Made by a program: the position numbers and the translations under genes | Notes under the pieces: model-generated | Database searches by the model: none | What the model saw: only the letters and a program-made list of their open reading frames with translations | What the model was told of the DNA's origin: nothing | Shown here: one piece after another, positions 33,028 through 43,641 of the stretch | How positions within the stretch are numbered: position 1 is the first letter of the stretch | Layout of the letters: the number at the start of each line of letters is the position of its first letter | Assembly (NCBI GenBank): GCA_965367815.1 | Contig: CBDUKN010000008.1 | Coordinates: 32,001 to 96,000, forward strand | From: an uncultured Thermoprotei archaeon | GTDB taxonomy: Archaea > Thermoproteota > Thermoprotei > Thermofilales > B15-G2 | DNA: 64,000 nt | Direction of reading: 5' to 3'

Positions 33028-33420
33028 TTAATAAACATAAGCTACTAAGACTCCACCAATACCTAACTTTTTAGCCTCTTTGTGAGTCATTACGCCTTTA
33101 GACGTCGACACTATAAGTACTCCCATGTTTCTTGCAGGGAGATACTTTTCTTCCCATTCTTCAAATTCATTTTTCTTTACAGGAAATCTTGGTTTAATAA
33201 CTCCGCACTTATTAATTCGACCTAAAAGTTGTACTCTTAGCTTACCAGACCTACCATCATCTATGTATTCTATTTCGCCGATATATCCTTCTTTCTGCAT
33301 TACTCTTAGTACCTGAGCTATGAACTTTGAAGCCGGATATATTATACACTCCTTATGCCCTCTTGCTTCATTGTTCACTATTGTTGCCAACGCATTTGCG
33401 AGAGTATCCATGAGCACCAT
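33028..33420 (-). CDS. rps8: 30S ribosomal protein S8 (uS8)
   Basis: [24 protein letters not shown]. Confidence 0.97.
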   Translation of the reverse strand: MVLMDTLANALATIVNNEARGHKECIIYPASKFIAQVLRVMQKEGYIGEIEYIDDGRSGKLRVQLLGRINKCGVIKPRFPVKKNEFEEWEEKYLPARNMGVLIVSTSKGVMTHKEAKKLGIGGVLVAYVY

Positions 33421-33463
33421 TGTTCTTCCTCCTCAATCACCATCATGTCCTCTATAAATTTTT

Positions 33464-33628
33464 CTACATATACTTCTTGAAACCTATTTGCTCGGCTACT
33501 TCTCTAAAACATCTTCTACATAGGTTTAAGCCATACATTCTAATTAAAGCTTCATGAGTCCCGCAGCGCCTACATCTTCTTGAACCTTTTCCATATTTTC
33601 TTATTTTAGGTGAACGAATTTTACCCAT
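33464..33628 (-). CDS. rps14: 30S ribosomal protein S14 (uS14)
   Basis: Below ORF cutoff; [54 protein letters not shown]. Confidence 0.96.
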   Translation of the reverse strand: MGKIRSPKIRKYGKGSRRCRRCGTHEALIRMYGLNLCRRCFREVAEQIGFKKYM

Positions 33629-33634
33629 ATTTCC

Positions 33635-34201
33635 TCACCTCTTACGAGATCTTACAACAGTAACTCCTAACACCTTTTCTAAAAACTCTATTGCTTCTTC
33701 TTTTGCTACATAGTGATTCTTTCCTATCGAAGATTTTCTCCTTTTTCTTCTAGCAACTCTGAAGCCCGGTCTTTCAAGCGAAATACAGACGTCAAATCCG
33801 AAGATTCCTACCATAGGATCATACTTTACTCCTGGTAGAAGTATATGTTCTTTGACTCCAAAGCATATATTGCCTCTGTCGTCTATGCTACTCTCCTTTA
33901 TTTTGTAGTCGATTACAGGAAGTACTTTCTCTAAGAATTTTAGTGCTTTTTCTCCTCTTAGTGTGACTACACAAGCTATATTTTCTCCCTTCTTTATTCC
34001 GAATTCCTTTATTGTTCTTTTAGCTTTTCGAAGAGACGGCTTTTGACCTGTAATCTCTTCTAACACCATTGCTGCCTTCATTAGTCGTTCTCCAGATTCC
34101 CCTACGGCCATGTTTACTACAACCTTACTTAGAATGATACTTCTCATCACAGGTTCTTTTGCAAGAACCCAAGGTTTGTTTAGCATATAGCTTTGCGCCA
34201 T
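33635..34201 (-). CDS. rpl5: 50S ribosomal protein L5 (uL5)
   Basis: KVVVNMAVGESG, VTLRG, YDPMVGIFG. Confidence 0.97.
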   Translation of the reverse strand: MAQSYMLNKPWVLAKEPVMRSIILSKVVVNMAVGESGERLMKAAMVLEEITGQKPSLRKAKRTIKEFGIKKGENIACVVTLRGEKALKFLEKVLPVIDYKIKESSIDDRGNICFGVKEHILLPGVKYDPMVGIFGFDVCISLERPGFRVARRKRRKSSIGKNHYVAKEEAIEFLEKVLGVTVVRSRKR

Positions 34202-34202
34202 A

Positions 34203-34946
34203 TTACTTCACCTCGAAAACGCTTATTTCTGGTTTTTCATCACCTATTAAAAATACATAGTCCATTATAGTTCTTAATTCCTCTCCATTATCTGTTTCAA
34301 GTGAAACAATAGCCCTTGACTTCTTAAAGACTTGAATTACTTCCTTTATTCTTCCCACTCTTCCTACGTTGTTGCCTCCTATAATTATCGCGTACTTACC
34401 TTTCTCGAACTTGAAGTGTCCAAGTAGTTCTTGTCTAGGTATACTTATCTTAATTGTGTCGTACGTCTTATAGACATCTTCTTCAGGATTTCTTGGATTA
34501 GATACTCTAATTAAATGGTTCCTACCATCATGAAGATTTAGCTGAATGTGCCCTCCTTTAACTGTTGTTTTATTTTCTATTCTGCATAGTTTAAAGCCGG
34601 CTTTCTCTTTAGATATTGGTAGTAAGTCGAGGAATTTAACAGGATGGGGCATTACTCTGAAGTATTCTTCCGTGGGAACTATTTCAATCACATCCATTAA
34701 TCCTATGGGGAACTTGTAGTCTCTACGTACCTTTCCATCGACTTTAACTTTGCCTTCTCCTAGAATCATTCTTGCTTCACGCATAGTTTTGGCATACTTT
34801 AAGTAGTCTCGGATTACTATTCCAAGTGGAATACAGCGATCTATGGGGTGAGGGCCTGGACTAGGCTTTACTGTCCAGTGATACTCTTTCCTAAGTATCT
34901 TCCAGAACCATGGAGCTGCATGACGGGTTAAATGCCTAGAGGTCAT
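34203..34946 (-). CDS. rps4e: 30S ribosomal protein S4e
   Basis: PSPGPH, QLNLHDGRN. Confidence 0.97.
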   Translation of the reverse strand: MTSRHLTRHAAPWFWKILRKEYHWTVKPSPGPHPIDRCIPLGIVIRDYLKYAKTMREARMILGEGKVKVDGKVRRDYKFPIGLMDVIEIVPTEEYFRVMPHPVKFLDLLPISKEKAGFKLCRIENKTTVKGGHIQLNLHDGRNHLIRVSNPRNPEEDVYKTYDTIKISIPRQELLGHFKFEKGKYAIIIGGNNVGRVGRIKEVIQVFKKSRAIVSLETDNGEELRTIMDYVFLIGDEKPEISVFEVK

Positions 34947-35314
34947 ACTCCCACCTTCTTTCTTTCAATTATTCTTTTTCTGTAGGAATCCGATAAATCA
35001 AGTTTTGTTATCATGACTTTAGATGGATGAATAGGTACATGCACTGTAGTTCCGTCTGCTTTCTGTCTAGTTGCTCCCTCTACGTAAATTCTTCTTTTCT
35101 TTAAGCTTACTCTGATAACTTTGCCTTCATGGCCAGCGTAGTCTCCTCTTAGTATTAAGACAGCATCTCCTTTTCTAACAGGAAGTCTTTTGATACCTAG
35201 TTCTTTTCGTAGAGGCTCAGCTAGCTTTGCTGTCATGTCTTTTTGCCTTTTGTGAAGTGGTGCATTGAAGTAAAGATATCTCTGTTTACGAGGTTGCTTA
35301 GGTGAGCGCCCCAT
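34943..35314 (-). CDS. rpl24: 50S ribosomal protein L24 (uL24)
   Basis: QPRKQR, APLH, IHPSKV; ATG at 35314 with GGAGG SD. Confidence 0.96.
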   Translation of the reverse strand: MGRSPKQPRKQRYLYFNAPLHKRQKDMTAKLAEPLRKELGIKRLPVRKGDAVLILRGDYAGHEGKVIRVSLKKRRIYVEGATRQKADGTTVHVPIHPSKVMITKLDLSDSYRKRIIERKKVGV

Positions 35315-35465
35315 AACGTAACCTCCTTTCAAAGGATAAAAGCTAGTTAATAAGGTTTGCCGTGTATAAAACATTCATTAAGATAAATTACCATAGATAC
35401 ATCTAGTTATACTACATGCTTTACAATATTATGTAATAAAATATCAAAAATACTTAAATTAGCGT

Positions 35466-35840
35466 TTATTCTCCTTTTTCTGCCAGTCTCTTCTTATAAT
35501 CCTCTTTTATTTTATTCCAATCTATATGTTTCTGGACTATTGTTTTTAAGTGCTCTCTGAGTATCTTCAATGCTTTCTCTCGTCCGAGCCTAGCTGCATT
35601 CCATGTAACAAATGGCGGGTAAAAGGTTGCAGACTCTATCTTAACATTGTCGTCCTCCACTTTGAACTTAATGTAGCCTAGTTCTCTTAAATAGCATGTA
35701 TCGTTTGGACATAGTATATCTATTTCATTTAGCTCTTTCTTTAAGAAAAGCAGTTTATAGTCAGACGGTTGCTCTATAATTCTACCACATGGACACTGTA
35801 TTTTTTCTTCCTGAGGCTCGTTCGTGCTCAAACGTACCAC
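35466..35840 (-). CDS. Hypothetical protein with Cys motifs (possible Zn binding)
   Basis: CPCG...CPNDTC; coding-like composition; GGTGG SD. Confidence 0.65.
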   Translation of the reverse strand: MVRLSTNEPQEEKIQCPCGRIIEQPSDYKLLFLKKELNEIDILCPNDTCYLRELGYIKFKVEDDNVKIESATFYPPFVTWNAARLGREKALKILREHLKTIVQKHIDWNKIKEDYKKRLAEKGE

Positions 35841-36034
35841 CTAACCATTTTTACTACTCACCACCTATAATTTTAACTTTTTCGCTTATCTAATCTTACA
35901 CATTAATAGCATACAATAACTTAGGTAACTGTCTCTGCTTTTTTACATTAATATTCGAAAATTTCATTATATTAATTTCCAAACAATACATTTTTACAAG
36001 AAAAATAAAATACTTGTTTAAAAGTTCTAGAAAG

Positions 36035-36129
36035 TGCGCCGGCCGGGATTCGAACCCGGGTTCGCCGGCTTTCTTCACGCATTATAGCGTGTGGGAGGCC
36101 GGCATCCTACCAGGCTAGACCACCGGCGC
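36035..36129 (-). tRNA. tRNA-Gly(CCC) with 21-nt intron at 37/38 (36071-36091)
   Basis: GCGCCGG acceptor stem, TTCGAAT T-loop, CCGGC-CTCCCA[CACGCTATAATGCGTGAAGAA]A-GCCGG. Confidence 0.93.
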
Positions 36130-36192
36130 AATTTATCATTACTCAATTGAAGATATATATTTGTCGCCTTTCACGAACAGCAATAGAAATAA

Positions 36193-36711
36193 ATGTTCTT
36201 AAACCATATCTATGAAGTGGTACTTCAAAAGAAAAAACGCTGTGCTGCTCTACTTACTGTTAAACCGGGTAAGGAAAATAGAGCACTACAAGACATAAAG
36301 GATCTCGTGTTTCCTTATGATCCCTCTATTCAGTTAATTAAAACAAAGTACAGCGGACTATTGCTGCTTTTTACCGACCTTGAGAAAGAGGAAATACTAC
36401 GTCTTTTGTCTTCTGTACCGCTACCGTTTCTAATTAAAACTACTGTATTCGATAAATATGCTCTCGATTCAAAAGAATACAATGATATAATATTATATGT
36501 AAAAGAGAGATTATTAAAATTTAAGTCAGATGAATATGTTGTATTAACTAAATTAAATATTAGAGGAAATAATAATAAAATATTAGCTTTAACTAGAACC
36601 GTTAACTCTATTCTAAATATACCGCACAAAAAGGAAAATATACGTAAAACAATAGTAGTAAAAATAGATGTTATAGACAACTTTGTAGGTTTAAATATTG
36701 ATATGACTTAG
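36193..36711 (+). CDS. THUMP-associated domain protein (divergent)
   Basis: LLTVKPGKE...TKYSGLLLL N-terminus and VKIDVIDN C-terminus; very AT-rich. Confidence 0.55.
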   Translation: MFLNHIYEVVLQKKKRCAALLTVKPGKENRALQDIKDLVFPYDPSIQLIKTKYSGLLLLFTDLEKEEILRLLSSVPLPFLIKTTVFDKYALDSKEYNDIILYVKERLLKFKSDEYVVLTKLNIRGNNNKILALTRTVNSILNIPHKKENIRKTIVVKIDVIDNFVGLNIDMT

Positions 36712-36805
36712 CGATTGCTTAATTTTATTATCTATAGTGTTCCCGCCCTAGTTAGCGATAGGAATAAATACTTTCAATAAAAGTATTGAGGTAGAGTGAA
36801 AGTAA

Positions 36806-38044
36806 ATGTCGCTGGAAAAAATACTCTTTGGTGAGGGAAAAATAATTAGACGCGAAGAGGCTTTAATACCTTCGTCAAAATTTATTCCACGTAGACTTCC
36901 GTGTAGAGAAAAGCAGCTAGAAAAAATAGGAATATTGTTTAGAGACATTCTACGAACTAAGGGCTCTGTGTATGTTAGATGTGTCCTAGAAGGTCCTGTG
37001 GGTACAGGAAAAACCATTGTTTCACAATATTTTGGAAAGAAAATAGAGGAAGCAGCCAAGAAGTATGGAATGAACTTACGTTACGTACATGTTAACTGTC
37101 CTAATAATCCCTCTCTCTTTAAAATAATGAAAAAGATTGCAGAAAAATTAGGACTTTCAGTACCCAAACGCGGCTTATCAGCTCAAGAAATTATGCATCA
37201 TGTATGGGAAACTTTAGTAGAACAAAATACTTACATAATAGTAGCTCTCGACGATGCAGATTTATTAATTAAAAGAAATAGAGCCAGCAGCAGAGAAATT
37301 TTCTACAATTTACTCAGAATATCAGATGAATACTTTGATACAAAACAGCATGTAAATTATATAATTATAGTAAAAGAAATAAGCACACTATATTCTTTTG
37401 ACGAAAGTATAACAAGTATGCTTTTACACAATATTATCAAGTTTCCTCCATATAGTAGTGAAGAAATAAAAGAAATTTTAGCCGAAAGAGTCTATGAAGA
37501 AAAAGCTGTTGTTGAAAATAGTGTTTCAGAAGAGATTTTAGATATGATAAGCGAATACATAGGTTACGATAGAGGGGGAACTGGAAACGCTAGACATGCA
37601 TTAGAAATATTGTATTTAGCTTGTAAAAATGCTGAAATGCGGGGCGATACAAAAGTAACAGTAAATGATGTTAGACACGCCGCAAGTAAAGTGTGTTTAA
37701 GTCTCTCTATAGACGATATAAGAGGCTTAACATTACACGAAATACTTCTCTTGCTAGCTATTACGCGTATTTTTAAATACTCCGACAAGGAGTATGTAAA
37801 AATAGGTGATGTTGAAAAAATGTATCACGTAGTATGCGAAGAATATTCAGAGAAACCTAGAGGTCATACACAAGTATGGGAATATGTTAAAAGATTAAGT
37901 AATATGAGGTTAATAAATGCAAGATTATCGGGTGTGGGTGTAAGAGGAAAAACTACTCTGATATCGCTAGTATACCCTCCTGAAGACCTTGAGCATATTT
38001 TGGTCGAATATCTTAAAAATAGGCGCTTGTACGAGGAATACTAG
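36806..38044 (+). CDS. cdc6: Orc1/Cdc6 replication initiator family protein
   Basis: IPRRLPCRE, GPVGTGKT, VALDDAD, FPPYS, GNARHAL, C-terminal wHTH with GVRGKT. Confidence 0.92.
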   Translation: MSLEKILFGEGKIIRREEALIPSSKFIPRRLPCREKQLEKIGILFRDILRTKGSVYVRCVLEGPVGTGKTIVSQYFGKKIEEAAKKYGMNLRYVHVNCPNNPSLFKIMKKIAEKLGLSVPKRGLSAQEIMHHVWETLVEQNTYIIVALDDADLLIKRNRASSREIFYNLLRISDEYFDTKQHVNYIIIVKEISTLYSFDESITSMLLHNIIKFPPYSSEEIKEILAERVYEEKAVVENSVSEEILDMISEYIGYDRGGTGNARHALEILYLACKNAEMRGDTKVTVNDVRHAASKVCLSLSIDDIRGLTLHEILLLLAITRIFKYSDKEYVKIGDVEKMYHVVCEEYSEKPRGHTQVWEYVKRLSNMRLINARLSGVGVRGKTTLISLVYPPEDLEHILVEYLKNRRLYEEY

Positions 38045-39279
38045 CTTGCATGCATTCTGATTATTTCTCTAAATGTTCTTTCGCTTATTCCGAGCCACTT
38101 TAGTATTTTTCGGCCCTGCTCTTTATTTGCCTCGTAGATGACTATTATATAGGGCAATATCTCTATATTTGCTTTAGATCTTGATACATGACACTTATTT
38201 CTAATTGTATCTAGTACTGCATTTAATTTTTCTCTATATTCCTTTGATTTAGACAATATTTTCAGTTTTTCGGGAAATGAGTATTTAACAAACTTTAGCC
38301 GCGGCTTACTGCGGATTAAAGAAACTCCCATAGTCATTAATTCTAGAGCATAAGGCAAAAGCGACCAATTTTGCGTTTTCTTGATTCTACCCATTATCAT
38401 ATCTGCTTTAGACAACCTATCATAGGCTTCTGCTAAAGCTTCGAGAGTTGTATACTGATACGGCAAATTTTCGTGAATATACTGGATGAACATTTCATAG
38501 TCGAATGAAGGGTTAAGTGTAACAGCTTTTGCGTCAATGCACTTCTTAGCGAAAAAGACCTGTCTTACCATGTCGAACATCGACACTTGATGACTTCTTT
38601 CTCCAAGTAGCTTTATATCTTCTAGGGTTACTACTTTCTTGCCCTGAGCGATTGCCTGTAAATCATTGATACACGCCCTAAGATCCCCCTTATTTCTCTT
38701 AATAATTGCTTTTAATACTTCATCACTAACTTTTACCCCTTCTTTTTCACATATTTTTCTAAGGACTCTTATTTGCAAGTATGCCGGAATAGGCTTAAAT
38801 TCTATTAAAATACATTTGCCTCTTAAAGATTTGAGCTTGGGGTCCCATGGATCATTTGCAGTAAGAACTACAGGAACTTTAGTTTCGTTTAATAGTGATT
38901 CTATTGCACTAAGTGCTCCAATGTCTTCTCTAAGATTTATGCCGTCTACTTCGTCTAGAAGAACTATTTTTCCGCGATAACCGAAAAGACTTTTTTCCTT
39001 AATAGAGGTTTTTATTATTCTGTTTAAAGCTTTCGCTGTTCTTACATCACTTGCATTCATTTCTATTACTTCTAAATTAAATTCTTCAGCAGCCGCATGC
39101 ACCAATGTAGTTTTACCGCAACCTGGGGGACCATAAAACAGCGCTCCTCTTTTTTCGGGTATTTTTCCACTGAGCCATATTTTTAGCCATTTAATGAACT
39201 TTTCTTTAGCTTCGTTATTACCTACTACTTCACTAACTCTTCGTGGCCTGTATTTTTCAGTCCATAAAGTCTGCGCCAT
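38041..39279 (-). CDS. rfcL: Replication factor C large subunit
   Basis: WTEKYRP, GPPGCGKTT, EMNASD, LDEVDG. Confidence 0.95.
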   Translation of the reverse strand: MAQTLWTEKYRPRRVSEVVGNNEAKEKFIKWLKIWLSGKIPEKRGALFYGPPGCGKTTLVHAAAEEFNLEVIEMNASDVRTAKALNRIIKTSIKEKSLFGYRGKIVLLDEVDGINLREDIGALSAIESLLNETKVPVVLTANDPWDPKLKSLRGKCILIEFKPIPAYLQIRVLRKICEKEGVKVSDEVLKAIIKRNKGDLRACINDLQAIAQGKKVVTLEDIKLLGERSHQVSMFDMVRQVFFAKKCIDAKAVTLNPSFDYEMFIQYIHENLPYQYTTLEALAEAYDRLSKADMIMGRIKKTQNWSLLPYALELMTMGVSLIRSKPRLKFVKYSFPEKLKILSKSKEYREKLNAVLDTIRNKCHVSRSKANIEILPYIIVIYEANKEQGRKILKWLGISERTFREIIRMHAS

Positions 39280-39314
39280 TAGTCATCCCCGAATCGTGTT
39301 CACTTAGACTTTGT

Positions 39315-40319
39315 TTACAGATACTTTTTCCCGAGTAGCGCCATCTTAGCTAAGAACGCGCTAAGCTGTATCTCTTCATCAGCTCCTTCTACTAGTCTAA
39401 AATTAATTTCGCCGGCCAGATCTACTAGCTCTACTTTAGCTTCTTCAGGTAAGCCTAATTCAGATCTAGGATTAAGTATTTCTCGGTGAATTAGCTTAAG
39501 TATATCTAGCCCTGATAAGCCATAGTAGGCCATAAGTTCTCTTAGCTTACCTCTAGCCTTAATGAAATTGCCCGTCAGTGCTAGCTTAATAAGTTCTCTG
39601 ATTTCTTTAGGTGACACTTTTCCTACAACTTTGTATACGGCTTGCTCATCTACAACATCTCCTAAGGCGGCCGCTGCCTGAAGAGTATTAATAGCTCTTC
39701 TCAGATCCCCACCACTTACTTCCCATATTGCCTCTAATCCATCTTCGGTTATCTTCACGCCTTCTTGCTCACAAATATGCTTTATTCTAGCAAGCACATC
39801 CTCCTTTTTGAGTGGCTGAAATCTGAAAATAGCGCATCGTGACTGAATAGGCTCAATTATTTTCGACGGGTAGTTAGCAATTAAACAGAATCTAGCTGTA
39901 CGAGAGTACATTTCCATCATTCTTCTGAGTGCCTGCTGGGCATCACTGGTCATGTTGTCTGCTTCATCGAGTATTATTAGCTTAAACGGAACTTCTCCTA
40001 AAGCCACTGTACGCGCATAATCCTTTACTCTCTCTCTAATAACTTGTATTCCTCTTTCATCAGACGCGTTAAGCTCTAAGACATTCGCTCTCCAGTTTTC
40101 TCCGTAAAGCTCTCTTGCTAAACACAAAGCTGCTGTAGTTTTTCCTGTACCGGGTGGTCCAGCAAAGAGTAAGTGAGGTAAGCTTTTTTCTCGAACAAAC
40201 TTCTTAAGTCTTTCAACTACTTCCTTCTGGTTAATCATTTCATCTAGTCTCTTAGGACGATACTTTTCAACCCATAATTCTAGCTTATCTTCTGTGCTCA
40301 AGTTAACCCCTTTTAACAC
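39315..40319 (-). CDS. rfcS: Replication factor C small subunit (no intein)
   Basis: WVEKYRP, GPPGTGKT, ELNASDERG, QSRC. Confidence 0.97.
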   Translation of the reverse strand: MLKGVNLSTEDKLELWVEKYRPKRLDEMINQKEVVERLKKFVREKSLPHLLFAGPPGTGKTTAALCLARELYGENWRANVLELNASDERGIQVIRERVKDYARTVALGEVPFKLIILDEADNMTSDAQQALRRMMEMYSRTARFCLIANYPSKIIEPIQSRCAIFRFQPLKKEDVLARIKHICEQEGVKITEDGLEAIWEVSGGDLRRAINTLQAAAALGDVVDEQAVYKVVGKVSPKEIRELIKLALTGNFIKARGKLRELMAYYGLSGLDILKLIHREILNPRSELGLPEEAKVELVDLAGEINFRLVEGADEEIQLSAFLAKMALLGKKYL

Positions 40320-40419
40320 ATTTATACTGACGTATATACTTTTGCCGCTAAAAACAACGTGATAATACAGAAATAATATTATTAGACTCTCAAAGAAACT
40401 AGATAACTACTAAAAACTG

Positions 40420-41007
40420 TTATCTAGATGCTAATGCTATACGCTCTATTTCTTCCTTCTTTCTTACTGCATAACTTGATGGATCATTATTAGCTGCATT
40501 AATTATTTCGTCTGCTAGACACTCTTCTATAGTTTTGGGATTGTTAAATGCAGCTAGTCTAGCTCCTTCACTTATAAATCTTAGAGCCAAGTCTACTCTT
40601 CTTTGAGGCGCCACATCAACAGATACATGGTAAAGTATTCCTCCGTAAATAATTCTTGTTGTTTCTTCTCTTGGTGCAGCGTTTTCTATAGCTCTTACAA
40701 GGACTTGTATTGGATTCTCTCCCGTTTTTAAGTATATGATATCAAATGCTCTTTTAACAATGTTTACTGCCATATGTTTCTTTCCAGCATTTCTTCCAGG
40801 CCTCATTAACTGGTTTACTAGTCGTTCCACTATGTTTACTTTAGACTTAGCGAACCTCCTTTTAGCATGTCTGCCTTCGCTGTGAGGTATGAATACTGGG
40901 TCTAAGCATATATACTGCTTTAAGCCTGGGTCTCTTACTTCGATGTTCTTGAATGACCATTTTCCAAACAATTTGATTTCTTTTCCATCGAGAGTTTGCT
41001 CAACCAT
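40420..41007 (-). CDS. rps7: 30S ribosomal protein S7 (uS7)
   Basis: [23 protein letters not shown]. Confidence 0.97.
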   Translation of the reverse strand: MVEQTLDGKEIKLFGKWSFKNIEVRDPGLKQYICLDPVFIPHSEGRHAKRRFAKSKVNIVERLVNQLMRPGRNAGKKHMAVNIVKRAFDIIYLKTGENPIQVLVRAIENAAPREETTRIIYGGILYHVSVDVAPQRRVDLALRFISEGARLAAFNNPKTIEECLADEIINAANNDPSSYAVRKKEEIERIALASR

Positions 41008-41042
41008 ATTCTTACAGCCTTTCTTTTCGTGACTTAAAAGTT

Positions 41043-42497
41043 TTATCCCTTAGTCACAGCTATAGGTACTAATCGAACCACTTTTGTGGCTATTCCAACT
41101 CTATGACTTACTTCAGCAACTCTGTCAACATCCTTGTAAGCTCCTGGTGCTTCTTCAGCAACCACTCTGATGTTTGCTGCTCTTACTAGAATTCCCCGCT
41201 TTTCTAGCTCCGCCTTAACTTTAGAGCCCCAGTAACGCCTTATTGCTGCCTGTCTGCTTAAGAATCTTCCAGCACCATGAGCAGTACTTCCGAAAGTTAT
41301 TTCCATGGCACGTGGAGTTCCTACGAGAGCATATGATGCTGTACCCATCGATCCTGGTATCAAGACAGGCTGCCCAATGTTTTTGTACTTTGCTGGAATA
41401 TCAGGGTGTCCAGGAGGAAACGCCCTTGTCGCACCCTTTCTATGAACTATTACTTTTTTAGTAGCACCGTCGATTTTATGGTATTCTATTTTAGCAATAT
41501 TGTGAGCAACATCATAAACTAGCTGCAGTCCGAGTTCGTCTGCTTTTTTCTTAAATACTTTCTCGAAAGCCTGTCTAGTCCAGTGAAGTATGCACTGTCT
41601 ATTAGCCCAAGCGAAGTTACAGGCGCAGCTCATTGCTGCAAAATAGTCCTCTGCTTCCTTGCTTTTTACAGGAGCGCAAGCAAGCTCTCTATCGGGAGGC
41701 CTTATTCCATACTTTCTCATAGCGTGCTCCATCACTCTCAAATAGTCGCTACATACTTGATGCCCGAAACCTCTACTTCCAGTATGTATCATTACTGTTA
41801 CTTGTCCTTCTTCATATATTCCCATTTCTTTAGCTGCTTTAGGATCGTATATTTTGTCTACCACCTGTATCTCAAGGAAATGATTTCCGCTTCCTAGCGT
41901 TCCTAGTTGTCCTGAACCTCTCTGCTTAGCGCGCTCTGAAACTTTATCGGGGTTTGCTGTCTTCATACATCCTTTTTCTTCGCAGAATTCCGCGTCTTCT
42001 GGCCATCCATAGCCATGTTTAATAGCCCAACCTACTCCTTCGCTCAGAACATTATCTAATTCACTTGTCGAAAGCCTTATTTTACCTCTTACACCTACAC
42101 CTGAAGGTACTAAGGAGAAAATAGTGTCTATAAGCTCTTTTAGTACAGGTTTTACATCTTTTATCGTTAGGTCTGTTCGCACAAGTCTTACTCCGCAGTT
42201 AATATCGTATCCAACTCCTCCTGGACTAATTACACCTTCTTCAGCATCTATTGCAGCGACTCCACCTATTGGAAAACCGTATCCCTGATGAGCATCTGGT
42301 AGAGCTATAGCATATTTATAGATTCCAGGTAAGTGAGCAACGTTTGCACATTGTACTAACGTGAGGTCACTCTTCATTTTCTGTAGAAGATAATCATCTG
42401 CGAAGATCCTTCCAGGAACTCTCATTCCAGGCTTATATGACTTAGGAATTTCCCATACGTAGTCTCCTAGCTTAATTAAAGGAACATTAACAGACAT
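41043..42497 (-). CDS. rtcB: RNA-splicing ligase RtcB
   Basis: [39 protein letters not shown]. Confidence 0.97.
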   Translation of the reverse strand: MSVNVPLIKLGDYVWEIPKSYKPGMRVPGRIFADDYLLQKMKSDLTLVQCANVAHLPGIYKYAIALPDAHQGYGFPIGGVAAIDAEEGVISPGGVGYDINCGVRLVRTDLTIKDVKPVLKELIDTIFSLVPSGVGVRGKIRLSTSELDNVLSEGVGWAIKHGYGWPEDAEFCEEKGCMKTANPDKVSERAKQRGSGQLGTLGSGNHFLEIQVVDKIYDPKAAKEMGIYEEGQVTVMIHTGSRGFGHQVCSDYLRVMEHAMRKYGIRPPDRELACAPVKSKEAEDYFAAMSCACNFAWANRQCILHWTRQAFEKVFKKKADELGLQLVYDVAHNIAKIEYHKIDGATKKVIVHRKGATRAFPPGHPDIPAKYKNIGQPVLIPGSMGTASYALVGTPRAMEITFGSTAHGAGRFLSRQAAIRRYWGSKVKAELEKRGILVRAANIRVVAEEAPGAYKDVDRVAEVSHRVGIATKVVRLVPIAVTKG

Positions 42498-42598
42498 TAT
42501 CTTCACCCTCTAGCACATTTCTTAGAAGTCTTATTTATAAAAACTTTACTTGTCCTAAACAACTACAGAAGAACTTTCTATGCCATAGATCTGGCGCA

Positions 42599-43045
42599 CT
42601 ATATATCTAAGACAAACTTGACCACATACTTTCCATTTTCTTCACTAATTTCCATTAATGAATAAGTAACTGCCTTTACTAGAGTTCTTTGTTCGTGTTT
42701 TTGCGGATCAAAGGGTTCTCCCCAAGCTTCAGCTGTGAGTATAAAGGTATCGTTCTTCTTAGATATGCTTTGAACACGTATTTTTGAAAAAACTAAATTC
42801 TTTACTTCAAAAAGATAGAGCAATTCTTCAAGCCAATTATATAGAAGAGACTGCTTATCAAAGCCCTCAACTTCAATTTTTTCACATACCTTAGAGTCAA
42901 CTTTGCTTGTATCTGTCATCACTTCAAAAAGAGCTACTCCCGCATTAGCGTATGCCTCTTCAAGTGTTCTTCCATAAGCCGCTATATATACGTCGGCAGT
43001 ATGCTCAAGAAACTTAAATCTCTTAAAATTCTCATTTTTAGTCAT
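42599..43045 (-). CDS. Archease (RtcB cofactor)
   Basis: EHTADV, KAVTYS, C-terminal LDI; true start 43045 (GGGGGAG SD), the longer ORF reads through a tRNA. Confidence 0.93.
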   Translation of the reverse strand: MTKNENFKRFKFLEHTADVYIAAYGRTLEEAYANAGVALFEVMTDTSKVDSKVCEKIEVEGFDKQSLLYNWLEELLYLFEVKNLVFSKIRVQSISKKNDTFILTAEAWGEPFDPQKHEQRTLVKAVTYSLMEISEENGKYVVKFVLDI

Positions 43046-43068
43046 TGTCTCCCCCATGTAACAAATAT

Positions 43069-43156
43069 TGGCGCCGGGGGTGGGATTTGAACCCACGCGG
43101 CCCATAGGGCCATCGGCTCTCCAGGCCGACGCCTTAGACCACTCGGCCACCCCGGC
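43069..43156 (-). tRNA. tRNA-Ser(GGA), CCA encoded
   Basis: GCCGGGG acceptor, long variable arm, CT-GGA-GA anticodon loop. Confidence 0.96.
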
Positions 43157-43304
43157 ATCCTAAACCTATATTATCTGACACTTAAATCTTTCTCTTAAAA
43201 GGCAGTAAACACTTACCATAGTGTCAGCTTACAAAGCTAAGAAAAAATCGAATACAAGAATAGTAAATTTAAAAGACGGAGTACCCAGAGTTGGATAAAT
43301 AATA

Positions 43305-43613
43305 CTATCTCATTTCAAGTTCTACGTGCACTGACTCTGGTATTTTTATTCTCATTAATTGACGTATTGCACGCTCGTCAGCATCCATATCAATTATTCT
43401 TTTATGGATTCTCATCTCCCACTTATCGAAAGTATGAGTGCCCTGACCCGATGGAGCTCTTCTAACGGTAACTACAAGTCTTTTTGTAGGTAGCGGTATA
43501 GGCCCTCGTATTCTTACGCCTGTTTTCTGGGCAACTCTCTTGATTTCTTCGCAGACTTCATTTAAGTCTCTAGGCGAAGTTCCGTACAGTTTTATTCTAA
43601 CTATTCTGGGCAC
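43305..43613 (-). CDS. rps10: 30S ribosomal protein S10 (uS10)
   Basis: [16 protein letters not shown]. Confidence 0.97.
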   Translation of the reverse strand: MPRIVRIKLYGTSPRDLNEVCEEIKRVAQKTGVRIRGPIPLPTKRLVVTVRRAPSGQGTHTFDKWEMRIHKRIIDMDADERAIRQLMRIKIPESVHVELEMR

Positions 43614-43641
43614 TGAATAACCCCCGGTAGGATATTTTATG

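Noticed and set aside
36712-36805. Replication origin (ORB boxes) upstream of cdc6
   Set aside because: No TTCCAGTGGAAAC-like or G-string repeats seen; the intergenic region is short.
43046-43150. N-terminal extension of the archease ORF (MAEWSKASAW...)
   Set aside because: It is translation through tRNA-Ser; the true start is 43045. The 47861-48139 and 35896-36078 ORFs are likewise tRNA shadows.
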